A stretch of DNA of 58,424 nt, counting the filler, from Dimargaris cristalligena (Eukaryota): assembly GCA_003614675.1 (NCBI GenBank). It is 6 parts of 6 records of this genome, joined end to end, with 100 filler letters (N's around TTAATTAATTAA, not from the genome) between each part and the next. Parts side by side here need not be neighbours in the genome. Positions count along the whole stretch, not along the records: positions 39,069 to 48,697 come from ML003251.1; positions 48,798 to 58,424 come from ML003252.1; 4 more parts are not named here. One strand, written 5' to 3'. Below, one piece after another: positions 47,027 to 58,424 of this stretch. A program made the translations under genes and the position numbers. The notes beneath the pieces were generated by a model, which saw only the letters and a program-made list of their open reading frames with translations, was not told the DNA's origin and searched no databases. Position 1 is the first letter of the stretch, and each line of letters begins with the position of its first letter.

Positions 47027-47939
47027 CTAGTCTCTACTGTTTTTGATTTTATCCTTTTGTGACTTAATCCAGTTCTTGCGCCGGTCTGTCCAACCATGCC
47101 AACCTTCCACCCGGCTATATTGGATGCACCAAGCCCGCAAACCACCAAACTTTTTTTCGAAATGCTGGGTATGCGTCCTTCTATCCCCCAGTGTCGAATT
47201 TAGTCGGGGGTTCTCATTTGGGCCATGGTCATTGTAGTAGGTTTCGATCAGTTCATTGCCAGCCATCGGTATCACCGGGGTATCACTGTTTTCTTCAGTG
47301 TTGAGGTTCGTGGATGAACCGAGCGTAGCCGATGGAGAGAGGTGCATGGGACAATGGTCGGGCACTTGCTGCAGATAGGGACTGTCCTTGTGATTAGGCG
47401 GGGTAGGCATCTGGCTAATTATTTGGCTGCCGGTAGTTTCCATGCTATCCTTACTTGAAGGCTTTCGCAGAATGGTGGGAAACCGGACCTGTGATTCGGA
47501 GGGAGTCGTTGTCATTGGCGAATGATTTATTTCTTCATCGCTAGAGCGAATGTCGTCCAAGTGCTGGATGTTAATAGCACTGACACCTTCGGGGAAAGCG
47601 CTGATATCGAGTGCGTCGTAATATACGGTTTCACTAGAACTATCGGCTTGGAGATACTTATTGCTCAACCCCCCCAACGAACTCCGAAGCCGTACCCTCT
47701 ACCACCTGCTCGGGGTGTTGTTCGCCAATTGTACTGCGTTCACCGTCGCTTGTTTCGTAAATGTTCGATAATCCCCAGGGTTTAGTGTTAAAATCCGGGT
47801 TCAGTGAATTTCCCGATAGCCCGTTTAAAAGCAATGACAGTGGGACGTCATCGGTGTCGGCTTGTGGACGAAGATGTCCACCAACGGTATATCCCGTGGC
47901 CAGAACCAGCGCAAGAAGAGTGGCGTAGGAAATGTGCAT
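47027..47939 (-). CDS. Orphan secreted protein split by a 1-nt frameshift in a G7 tract
   Basis: Signal peptide MHISYATLLALVLATGYTVGG. ORFs 47939-47658 and 47677-47027 fuse into ~300 aa if one G of the run at 47669-47675 is removed. A TATA-like TTTATATA lies ~65 bp upstream. Confidence 0.65.
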
Positions 47940-48697
47940 GACTTAACGTCGGAGTAAAGAGGATCCGACAGGTGAAAATGTAGGTAACCCAAATGCAAGC
48001 TATATAAATGCGTAAACAGACCTGTTCCAAGAGCGAAATAGGGTCATAAATAACAGAGGGTCTATTGATAAGGTAAAGAGGGAATGTAGAGGGGCTATTT
48101 TATAAATAGGGAAATCCTGACATTTATATATACTATTTCTCAAGAGTTGCCTAGTTAGTCGGGCTTATATGAGTGTCCACTAGGGCGGAATGAAAGAACA
48201 ATTTTCACAATGGGGAATTATTTTGGAACTCTCCACCCCAAAACAATATCGGAGAAGACACGGGGAGGAATGCAGCCGCTCCACCAATGGTTGTGCAATG
48301 GTTACAGCGGACCAATCCCCTTTATATTGTCTGATATAGTAGTCCGAACTGCTATATTTTAGATCTCGGTGTATAGTATGTGTTCTCTGTAGTGCGACCG
48401 CAAATGTGATGGGCATTGGCTAATGAAATAAAAAACGAAGAGAGGCACCATTTTATACCGATACCCATATCCCTGACCTAGTCATCGAGTTACTTTCCCT
48501 CGGCCAACTCGCCTTGTTGCCATGCCGATGAAATGTACATTCGCAATTAGCAACCATCCAGGGCGGCCGAAACCGCGGTAAAATATAGGCCAGTCCTGGT
48601 GGTGACAAGCCTAGGTGCGCTGATGGAGAAATGCACCGATAGATTTAGGGCCAAACTAGCGGCGAATAACTTAACTCATTGTATAGGGGGCCTAGCC

Positions 48698-48797
48698 NNN
48701 NNNNNNNNNNNNNNNNNNNNNNNNNNNNNNNNNNNNNNNNNTTAATTAATTAANNNNNNNNNNNNNNNNNNNNNNNNNNNNNNNNNNNNNNNNNNNN
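48698..48797. other. Artificial contig spacer
   Basis: N-run, TTAATTAATTAA, N-run (100 bp). Confidence 0.97.
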
Positions 48798-49287
48798 GTT
48801 CTAGTATCAAAGTATATATATATATGTACGTGGAAGCCTTGAGTTCCACTCGTAGGTCTCGGAGTGCTCAATCCATGGAAGTGGGGTTATTCACTTTTAC
48901 CGTCCAGGAAGCGGAAAGGAACTCGTTTTCGGACGAGGATTAACCAGCATAGGTCTTCCGAATACTCATGCAAGGGTGTAACTGTGGGATGCGCGGGGAT
49001 CACCCAACGAAAGTCGCGACTAGTTTGTCTTGTGGAGAGGATAATCCATTCTGACCCATGTCAGTACACTTTGCATAGGACTAATTGAAAAGTATCCATC
49101 TGTTAAATAGACATTTGAAAAAAGAACCATCGGAACAGTACATCTGCATCATTCGACTTCATTCCGAAGATGGTACAGTCAAAGTACTGCGACACGGCCC
49201 ACTATAAGCAATTGAATACCTATCCGCTTCAAAGAGGCTCCTTGATTTATCCTCTAGGTTTTCTCATCGATTTTTCCTACCGTATTT

Positions 49288-49545
49288 CTACTCCGGTATT
49301 TTTCCATAATATTGATATATTGAGTAATGGTCGTCTACTGGTTCCCACCAGTCCGAAATAATAACCATGCCCACCCCCACAATCGTTACGCCGAATCCAA
49401 CGAGTGGTACATGTTCTGCGAGTAGAAATGCAGCCTCGTCAACCTCAAGTCGCGATAAAGAGGAGGTGAAGTTCTCCACATGAATCCCCAACCCCAGCAA
49501 CAGTGCACATAGGGCCGTGATGATAATGGTGAGACTAGTGCCTGG
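49288..49545 (-). CDS. Possible last exon of a small hypothetical membrane protein
   Basis: Two hydrophobic segments (LTIIITALCALLLGLGI; VPLVGFGVTIVGVGMVII). Candidate upstream exons at ~49645-49737 are not resolved, and no family is recognised. Confidence 0.35.
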   Translation of the reverse strand, partial: PGTSLTIIITALCALLLGLGIHVENFTSSLSRLEVDEAAFLLAEHVPLVGFGVTIVGVGMVIISDWWEPVDDHYSIYQYYGKIPE

Positions 49546-50157
49546 TGAACATTTTGGTGGAAAGTTGAGGGGTGCAAGTAAGCTCAGTAACAAACGTCTC
49601 GAATGTTCCACCAAGTGAATAGAGGGACATCCCGTCGGCTAACCTAATCCGTGAGGCCCAAATGGTATCAGCATTGTTCAAAATGGTGTTCAAATCCAAA
49701 TCATTTTTGCAGGGAACAGGGAGTGGTAGCGGGAATGCTAAAAGGTGGACAAATAACCCGATTGGCTAACAGAATCAATGATTCCATGGGCCCCAGAATT
49801 GCTCCACACCACTCTACCAGTGACTAATTGAGTCGGGCCTCTCTAGACACTACCCCCACCCTTCGCCGAGACTTGATAGGCGGCCTTGGTAGCGCAGTTG
49901 CCTCCAGCACATACGTACTGAAGCAACCGCCAAAGTAGGCAAATGGGAACCGCCAATAAAAATGAATTATTTAAGAAACACTGGGGTATCCATGATTGGA
50001 GCACTTGGGTTCGATAATAGATTATCATGCAAACTAGTGTGTATTAAAATACGGTAAACTTCAAAAAAATAAATATCTAAATGTAAAAAAAGGAGGATCT
50101 CCACATCCCTACAGCGTATGTGCAGTATCCATTGACTCGAATTAACTGGATGGGGAT

Positions 50158-52780
50158 CTAAGGTGACCTGTCTCCGCTATTGATCATCAGTTTCCACATG
50201 CTTTCTAAGCTGGGGATAGTGTCGGGGAACATGGAGTACTGTAAACGGGGCACTGGTCGGATAAGTTCGCCCGTGAAGAAGGCCTTCATAATAGAAGCCG
50301 AAAAGTACTGTTTGCTCAACTGTTTCCAGAGCTGGAAGTATTGGAAGAACACGCCCGAAATGGGTAGGGGGTTGGTTTCGATTCCCAGGTAAACGGTAGA
50401 GACCGGCGGAGAACATTGGTAAACTTCTACAGCGGGTTGGCGGGACGGGGGTAAATAATGGGAGTCGGTCGAGGGTACGGCAGATGTTAATTCAGGCGCG
50501 GTAGACAAGTGGTGGTGTGCGGCGGGATGTTTAGATGATCCATCCGGGACGAGGGGGCTGCATACTCGAGTTGGACGGGTGGGAGGCGGTTGGGAGTGGC
50601 CTGGGCTTACTACAGTTGTTGGCCAACGGCCAAAAAAGCCTGGCAGACGGGGGCTATCCCCGGTCCCTCGCGATCCGTCCGGAAAAGGCGAGCCTGGTGC
50701 GAAATAGCGGCTTAGACAATGCCGTGAAACGACAGTCCGGGTCCCTGGCTCCGATGATCCGGCGGAGTAGAATATGGACCGGCCCCAGCGAGCCAACCGA
50801 TCCAGCTGCTTCAGCCACTTGTGGCGAGGTTTCCAAAAAGAAGATGGGGTGGTCATCAAACTCATTCGAACTCCCCCGGGAAACCGCCGGGGTAAAGCTA
50901 GCCTCAGGACGAGGGCGAAGAAGGGAAAGTGGTTAAGCGCGGCCAAGATCATTTCCAGAGTGCCTTGCACGACGATGATGCCAACCCGGCTGCCAGCAAA
51001 GGTCAGATAGTATACAGCAATGGTGGGGAATAAGAAAAACACGAGGGCGAGAATGATTGTGCCTAACAGTAGCTGGTCAAGCTCGAAGTTGCAGGGGTCC
51101 ACCCGGCAGCGCAGGGGATTGATCCGGCGGCCGCGGAAAAGGTTGAGCAGCGAATGCAGGATGCTCAATTGCCAGAAGTAGATGCGAGCGGCGACGGCGT
51201 AGAACCAGTAGATATGGAGGGTCATGATAGATATGTAGTCCGACAGTAGGGCCACCTGGAACGAGGCGCCCAGGAAGCCGCACCGCCCAATAATACGTAC
51301 TAGTAGGGTGGTGGTAGCTCGGCTCGGGTGGATCATAACAGTCCACACCCGAATGAGCCATAAAAATAGCTCACCCAAAAATTCATCCAGCTGCGGGTTC
51401 AGTTTCATCCCCGCGGGCCAACCCATTAACCAAGCAATGGTGGATTCCAGTGCGGTGACGGAGTAGTAGTTGACCCGGTCATGCAGCATCTGGGCCACCG
51501 AAGGGCCGTAGGTGAGCAGGGCATGGTGGATGAATAGGCCAATACATACATCCCCGACAATCAGCCAAAGGTGGTTGTAAAAATTAATGTAGAGGGCCGT
51601 TCGTCGACACGGGTCATTCCAGTACTTGCGCCGCAGCATAATGTAATGAAAGGGCATGTTGGTTATTTGCTGCAGGCGTAAGTCTAGCTGTTGTCCGATG
51701 GCCATGGACTGCTTGAGCATGAAGCGGCGGTAGCGAAAATTCAGGATTCGAAGTAGTAGCTCAGTTAAAAGACGGAGGCCGATCAGCAAGCAGAGTAGCA
51801 GTTGGGTGCCTAGAGCATAGACGGCCCGGGTGAACCGTAGCCATGGGGGCAGCGGTTGTTCCGTCAGTGGCAAGACGGAAGGGGATTGAGCCGAGTTGCC
51901 CTCATCCCCATGCCCCGCCGATAAGGGAGGGTAGAGCAGGGGATCCCATACCCAATTGAGCCAGCTGAGCGATGCCCACGGGGTTGGCGTCTCCAGGACG
52001 TAGTGCCGAATTAATCCCTGTACGGTCTGGGTGGCGTTGACCTGGTTGATCACTTGGACCAGCACTTCTTCCCGTCGGGCCGGATAATATGAACCGAGGC
52101 TGCGTTTCAGATAGGCCTCGTTGGCGCGCTTAGCCGGGGAGTGGCGCGGTGGGGCATCCGAACGGGTGAGGGAACCGTCTGTTGCCGCGGTGATATCTAA
52201 TACGAGGGGCTGTATACTAAGATGAAAGGAGAAATTGACCTGGTCGGGGTCAAACATGATGTATTCGGTGCGTATCGCATGGCGGGGCTGTTTAAGGCTC
52301 GGGGCTCTGGGGGCGGGATCGTATTTCAATCCATTAAGAATAAAATATAATATAGTGTTGGTTAAGAGCGGGTGGTTACATATGGGGGTGAATATGCCTG
52401 AAAGGTTAGTTGGTTCATCCATGCTGCTATAGATCAGCGTCCTACCTGTAAAACGAGCCGGCCTGGTCAACTTCTAGAATTAAAGGCCATGGTGTCGACG
52501 AAGTCGGATTGGCTCTAGAGGAATTCGTAGTGGGCGAGCTAATACTGCCCAATACTAGAGGTGGCTCAACACAAGCATCGGAAAAGAAATAATGACCCTT
52601 CAATTTTCGTAGACCAGTTTCAACCTCGTCGAGGTCGGGACCCGGTACAATTTGGCAAACACAAAATAGGTGGGGGCCAGTTGCCCAGCCAATAATCCAA
52701 TACGGGTGGTCATCGGCGAGGAGGGGTGCAAGGGCGCAGTTAACGGGCCAGAAGATCCGAGTTACGCCCGGCTCGGCCAT
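50158..52780 (-). CDS. GPI1: GPI-GlcNAc transferase subunit Gpi1/PIG-Q, 2 exons
   Basis: Exon 1 is 52780-52446 (MAEPGVTRIFWP) and the probable intron 52445-52307. Motifs: QQLDLRLQQ, YINFYNHLWLIVGD, WLMGWPAGMKLNPQL, SLLNLFRGRRINPLRCRVD, LDQLLLGTI, LFPTIAVYY, LNHFPFFAL. Confidence 0.94.
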
Positions 52781-54371
52781 GTAACGGATAATAATATAAG
52801 GGGCGGGGAAGAAGTGTGATCCAAGGCGGAGCAGGGCCGAAATTAGGTATTAGAAACTGCCGCGGCGTTTTAACTGTTCTTTGGCCGACGAATGGTTAGT
52901 ATAGTCGCAACTCTGGAGTAGCACGGCGAAATAAATCACGGGGGATGTGGATATACGTGGTTAGCACAATGATGGGGAAAAAAGGTATCGGCTGGCGGGG
53001 TGGCAGCCTCGCTGAATGTCCACATTCGATTGGCATAGTCCGGGCCTGTGGCAAAGGCGGAGTGACCCCCGTCTATCGGGTGGATAAAAGGAGAGTAGGG
53101 GGAGTATTTACCGTTCGGTGTTCGAATTCGGCGAGACGCTCGAGGGGGATTACGATGAGTAGGAATGTGACGCATAGACCAGCGAAGCACAGTAGGAGTA
53201 GTGGTTTGTGCGATGTGCTGGCGAACTCGTGGGCGACTTCCTGGGCAATGGTAATCAAATCGAGGTGCCTGGTTAGATAGCCAATGCAAAACGAAGTTAG
53301 CACCAGCTGGGGCCAAAAATTCATGAGAGCGGGGGTCAAGCAAAGGAGAGAGAAATGTTAATTGAAAGTGAAGGCATGAGAGAGGATGCGAGGAGAACTT
53401 ACGCTTACATAAGCGCACGCGCATGCGGTTGAATCCAAGCAGGTAAGGGTAGAGCAGGGCATTCGAATGGACTGAGACCTGTCCCAGTCGAGTCAGATGG
53501 CAAAGCCAAAGGGGAAAGGCCAGCTTAACTCCGTTCCTGCATTAGGTGTATGTGGGGAGAACTTACGGCCAGTTGGGCATTCCGCGTATATAGCCGAGAT
53601 TCATTATTATATTATCTAATCCCAGCATAGTATTTACTCCCGGTTTAATATTCGCAAAATGAACACAATCATTTATAGCCTGATCTTCTCTCTCCGCCCT
53701 GAACTTTCCGAATAGCACAGAAGAGACATATCGGATGCCTCGTTATAGCGGATACCGGGGATATGGCATGGATAGCAGTGAGTACCCGCACGGGGAAGGG
53801 TTAGGCGGTTGAAGTTGTAGTATTTGGATTTGGATTTTTGTTGGTATGTTTGTGTTTAACAGATACAATGCCTCAGGGGCACAATGGCCTAGAGCCGCTG
53901 TGGGCCCCTGTTGTTACTACCGCCTTCGCACCCCACTTCTTGGAGTGACTTGGCGGACGTTAACTGCTGTGGGGCGTGTACTTTTACTAAGTAAAACGGT
54001 AACCCTGCCTTGGTACGGTCAACGGGGACATTCACCCTGCGGGCCACCAAGGGTCGTCCAGGAACTTGGTGCGTATGGGGTTTCTGATGTACAGTCTTCT
54101 CAATCCCTTCCCTCAGTGGTGTGGCGCTCTCCGCTGACCAGCAGACAGGAAATCGATGCATAGTACTAGCGTCGACTTTATTACGCTATAGCCATAATTG
54201 CACCGTAGTCCTCTCTTCCCTTATTGTTCTTCTCCCAGCACCCCCCTTAACCCTGTCTAACCTTCTGACTTATACAAATGACCTGCATTGGGTTCCTCGC
54301 TTCTCATTGCATGTCGGCCCCGTTTCAGTACTCCTTCTTACTTACTCCCCGATAGCCGTGTCCTTTCCAAC

Positions 54372-57269
54372 ATGCCCAATGTACCCTTCCCGTCATTGGG
54401 TCTGTCCGAGCCCTCGGCTCCTCGCGCAGGCCGCACTCGGTCCCGGCTCGCGGACACTTTTCAGAAAACCATTCAATTTGCCAAGCGCCATTCCTTTCTA
54501 GGCCGGCCCCGTGCCTCGCGCGGCCGCACCCAGTTCTACTCCGTGTTTAAACCGCTCCCTCGGGATGAGCTGGCCTGGTGTTTAGACCATGTAAGTAGAA
54601 GTACCTGCCATATAGGCTCCTGAATTCTACGGCAGGCCTTCAGTATAAGGGAACCCTTCCCGACCGGCTGAGAGCAGGGCTGCCCGGCACTAATAAAATT
54701 TACCCCTCCCCGTTTAATTCACACTAACTCCGGCCATATAATCGTGCATCTCCAACCACCTCCCTCTCGATAACTAGGGCTATGCCCCCCCGACCTGTCC
54801 CACCGGGAGACCCACCTCGGCCCAGGCGTTCGCCCAACACATCCACCAGGTACGTGGTGCCATTGGTGACGGAGTCTACCCCGACCGCATCTCGCAGGGT
54901 TCGTCAGGCTCGTATTTCTGCCGTAACCAAGCGGGTACCATAGTCGGAGTATTCAAACCCAAGAATGAAGAGCCGTACGGCCAGCTAAACCCCAAATGGA
55001 CTAAGTGGTTCCACCGTAACCTGTGCCCCTGCTTCTTCGGACGGAGTTGCTTGATTCCCAATTCCGGTTATTTGTCCGAGTCCGCCGCGTCTTTGGTGGA
55101 CCAGTGTTTGGGCCTCAATATCGTCCCCCGTACCGAAATTGTCCTCTTGGCCGCCCCCACTTTCCACTACTCCGCGCGGGACCGCCGGGCGGCTACGCGT
55201 AGCCACCGCCCCCTTCCCGCCAAAATGGGCAGTTTCCAGCTATTTTTGGAGGGCTACACCGATGCGACCCGGTTCCTGCAGCAACACCCATGGACTCCCG
55301 CCCCCTCCTCCCACTCCCATTCCCACGTGGCTGAACCCCCGGTAGCCTCCATGTCCTCCCTACCTATCCCTCCCACCACCGCCCCTCTCCGGAACCCCTC
55401 TGGTAGTTTTGGCTCAGCAACCCGGGCCATGCCCCACTCCCTGCCCAACTACACGGGGCTATCCCGGCTTTCCGAAACCGCCCCATTGTTACCTGATCGC
55501 ATTGGACGGCGGGTTTCGTCGGGATCATCCTTTATTCTGGGCCATCCGGACGATAGTGACGAGGACGATGATGATGCCGTGCTGGAAGGAGTGCGTACGG
55601 GTAACGCTCCCACTGATAGGGGATTCCGCAACCAAATCCAGCGCCCCGGTCCACCCTGGTCCGAATTGCGGCACCAGTCCTCTACGCACTCTGTAGCCGA
55701 CCCTTTCCAATGGACTCCCCAGCTTCGCCAGCAGTTTCGCGAAGAACTGGAGAAGCTCATCCTATTTGATTATCTCGTTCGGAATACAGGTTAGTATCTA
55801 TTTAACGATGCTATGAATTGTTGTTAATAAGGGTAAACTCAATTGCATTCGTGAATGGCGACACCATATAGTGGCCTTTTTCAAAAATGACTCAACTTCC
55901 TTGACAACTACTTACTGATATCACTCTATGCATCTTTTGTAATAATCCAGACCGGGGTGCGGATAATTGGATGATCAAGTATTGCACAGGTGGGTGCAGC
56001 CCGTCCAGTACTTCCCCAGGTCCACTAGGCACAGGTGCCTCTTTAGCCGCATCCCCCGCCACTAACCCGTTTCAGGATCCCGGACTTGATGTTCCCCCTC
56101 CTCATGCGACACACCCCCACCTTCACATCGCCGCCATCGACAACGGCCTGGCCTTTCCCTTCAAACACCCTGATGAATGGCGCTCCTATCCCTACGCTTG
56201 GCTTTCACTGCCCTCATCCCTCGTGGGCGCGTCCTTCAGTACGGCGTCCCGGGCCCACTTCCTGCCCCTTCTCACCTCCCCGCATTGGTGGCACCAAACA
56301 ATATCTGAACTTAAAGATTTAGCCCGCATCGATCCGGGCTTCAACCTGGCCATGTTTAACCGGCAGATGGCCGTCATGAAAGGCCAGGCGTGGAACATCA
56401 TACGCGTCTTGCGTGACGGCCGCATGGGCCCGTTGGATTTGGCGGACCGGCCCCCGGTGCTGGTAAATCGCTACGATATTACCCGGACCACCCATATCCA
56501 ATCCCTACTTCAACGGTGGAAGCAATCCCCTACCTCGCCCCGCAGACCCGTCCAGCCGGGACAGGCGGGTGGGCCACTACTACCACCAGTTTCCTCTGAC
56601 CCAACCATTCCCACGGCCCCGGGTATTCATCCCACCACCACTCCAGTGGACATCCAGGGACTGGTCACTGCACCGGCATTGGATCCAGCGGCGACGGTCG
56701 TTGAGGAGGGCCCGGGTAGCGACCCCCATCACCACCACCACCCGCTGGAATCGAATGACGACGTCCCAACGGGCCCTCCCCGGCGACTGTCTCGGACATC
56801 GTCCTTCTCCTCCACAGTAAGCAGCTGTCCTACCGAAATTCCTGGTCCCTGGCCCCGACGCCTCAACTCCCCCATTAGTTTCGAAAGTTCCCGCTCCAGT
56901 ATCGTTTCGTTACGGGATGTGCCGGAGTGGTTCACCGCGGAACATCATTGCCACCAGCAACACCTTTGTGAAACGGCCACCCACTCCCCTTCTGAGCGAC
57001 CACTGTCGTCCACACCCGGTGAAGGAAGAACCCCCCGTAACCGCAACAGCTGCCCCGAACCGCCCAGTGTTCGGTCTCCCCTGTTGGTGGGCCGCCGGCA
57101 CTCCGTTCCCCTGCCGGTTCCCTCGGATACCCAAGCCACGGCTGGCCGGTCCCACCGGCGGCCTTTCTCAACCGATCGGGCCATGTATAACCTTTTGATT
57201 CCCGATACTCGCTATATTGTCGAAGTGATAGACCCTTACCATGTCCGGCCGTGGTTCCAGTGTTGCTGA
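54372..57269 (+). CDS. LSB6: Type II phosphatidylinositol 4-kinase, 3 exons
   Basis: Exons are 54372-54590, 54778-55789 and 55951-57269. Motifs: RISQGSSGSYF, VFKPKNEEPYGQLNPKWTKW, PCFFGRSCLIPNSGYLSE, KMGSFQLF, DYLVRNT|DRGADNW, IAAIDNGLAFPFKHPDEWRSYP, QMAVMKGQAWN; C-terminus PWFQCC. Confidence 0.95.
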
Positions 57270-57545
57270 AATTAAGTGCTGAGGACCTGGTTGATGCAGG
57301 GAACGGCCTTCTGCTTTTTGATCCCTTCTAAATACAGTTGAACCTGAGCCACATTTAAAGGACACGTCCATATACTCTAAATTGGCAGAGCCAGCCCACC
57401 CCATACCCCTTCGATTGGCTATGCCACATTGGCGGTGTGCTCCAAGTCCACGCTAATGGCTGTATTACATTGTAGTTTATTAATAAACCCCATTGAATTT
57501 GAGATTGAAGACTTATCCCCCCTGTTTGAATATATCTAATAAGAT

Positions 57546-58424
57546 TTAGAGGGTTAACGTATCGGCAACCATCTGGAGTATATCCGACACGGGTTTCCCA
57601 AAATTAGCAATATCCTTCGCGACAGGCTGCCAGTGGTCACCGTGGTGGGGTTCCGCTTTGGCACAGGCCACTCTGACCTGATCGGCGTTATCCGGGGTAC
57701 CCTGCTCCGATTCGAATTTATACCACCAGGCCCAAGTGTCCCCGATATCGCCGTTCAACTGCGCGGCTCGTTGGAACCATACCCGGGCCTTGTCGTTTTT
57801 GCGTTCGCTCCAGAAGAGTCGGGCAATCGCGGCCATCAAGTGGGGGTCGTCGTGGCACTTCTTCATAGCATCTACCGAACGCGTTTTGCGCTGCGGCCGG
57901 GGTTCCAGAAAGATGGCCTCGGCCCAGAGTTGGCCGGCGGAGGGGCATTCCTGCAGGGCCTTGGAAACTACCAAGCGGGTGGCCGCGGCGGTGGGGCCAC
58001 TCTGCCGGGCTTCGAGCCGGATAGCATCTAACCAGAGATCCGCGGATTGGGGGTTAAGCAAACGGCCGCGTTCCAAAAGGGCCCGGGCCCGCACGGGTAC
58101 TCCCCGGTGCTCTTCTAACCGGGCGAACAGTAACCAAAGGGGGACCGACGTAGGGCATTGGGACGTACCCCGGCGGTAACTCTCCAGCGCCCGTTCGGAC
58201 TGACCCAACGCTTCGTAAATCTGCCCCTGCATCATCCACAGCTTGGCGAACGTGGGGAAGCGCGTCAGGGCCGTATCAAGCAATTGCAGCGCGACCTGGG
58301 GCTTTTCGGTGATACGTTCCAGTAGTACTGATTTCATCCAAATGGCCGCCGTATTAGCTCGCTCGCGGGCCTTGGCCAACAACAGGCGCGCATTTTCAAA
58401 CTCCCGATTTTCCATTTCACAGCT
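57546..58424 (-). CDS. PRP6: Pre-mRNA splicing factor Prp6 (U5-102K), C-terminal HAT/TPR part (5' end off contig)
   Basis: ENREFENARLLLAKARE, IWMKSVLLE, KLWMMQGQI, KALQECPSAGQLWAEAIFLEPRPQRKTRSVDAMKKC, GDTWAWWYKFE, AEPHHGDHWQPVAKD. Confidence 0.96.
   Translation of the reverse strand, partial: SCEMENREFENARLLLAKARERANTAAIWMKSVLLERITEKPQVALQLLDTALTRFPTFAKLWMMQGQIYEALGQSERALESYRRGTSQCPTSVPLWLLFARLEEHRGVPVRARALLERGRLLNPQSADLWLDAIRLEARQSGPTAAATRLVVSKALQECPSAGQLWAEAIFLEPRPQRKTRSVDAMKKCHDDPHLMAAIARLFWSERKNDKARVWFQRAAQLNGDIGDTWAWWYKFESEQGTPDNADQVRVACAKAEPHHGDHWQPVAKDIANFGKPVSDILQMVADTLTL

Noticed and set aside
52427..52445. 19-nt GT..AG micro-intron that would restore the GPI1 frame
   Set aside because: Implausibly short; a conventional 139-nt intron ending at CAG 52307 also restores the frame and removes AT-rich intron-like sequence.
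1..58424. CRISPR arrays, operons or prokaryotic defence systems
   Set aside because: The sequence is eukaryotic with spliceosomal introns; no regularly spaced repeat-spacer array or cas-like ORF was seen.

Overview
This is eukaryotic (fungal) genomic DNA with GT-AG introns, not one continuous locus. Five identical 100-bp spacers (N-run, TTAATTAATTAA, N-run) join six contigs of 9677, 9675, 9666, 9650, 9629 and 9627 bp in decreasing size order, so adjacency across spacers is artificial. Recognisable genes are a SET-domain methyltransferase (SETD4/Rkm2-like), a class-3 secreted lipase, a Trf4/5-like poly(A) polymerase, an RluA-family pseudouridine synthase (Rib2/Pus9-like), RVS167, an F-box/LRR protein, a PDK/BCKDK-family protein with degenerate catalytic motifs, GPI1/PIG-Q, a type II PI4-kinase (LSB6) and the 3' part of PRP6. 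There are also several orphan secreted or membrane proteins, one of them a signal peptide plus F-box-like protein that looks like a decaying effector. AT-rich, CpG-depleted blocks hold heavily C-to-T mutated transposons: three ~580-bp LTR copies (two with 5-bp TSDs), a Ty3/Gypsy-like gag-protease relic, and a near full-length tyrosine-recombinase retrotransposon (RT, RNaseH, adenine MTase, YR) with direct rather than inverted terminal repeats. Gene style suggests an early-diverging fungus (possibly Zoopagomycota, e.g. Dimargaris-like); this is inference only. The main leads are repeat-restricted RIP-like hypermutation including non-CpG contexts, the PAT-like YR element, the secreted F-box-like protein and the PDK-like pseudokinase.
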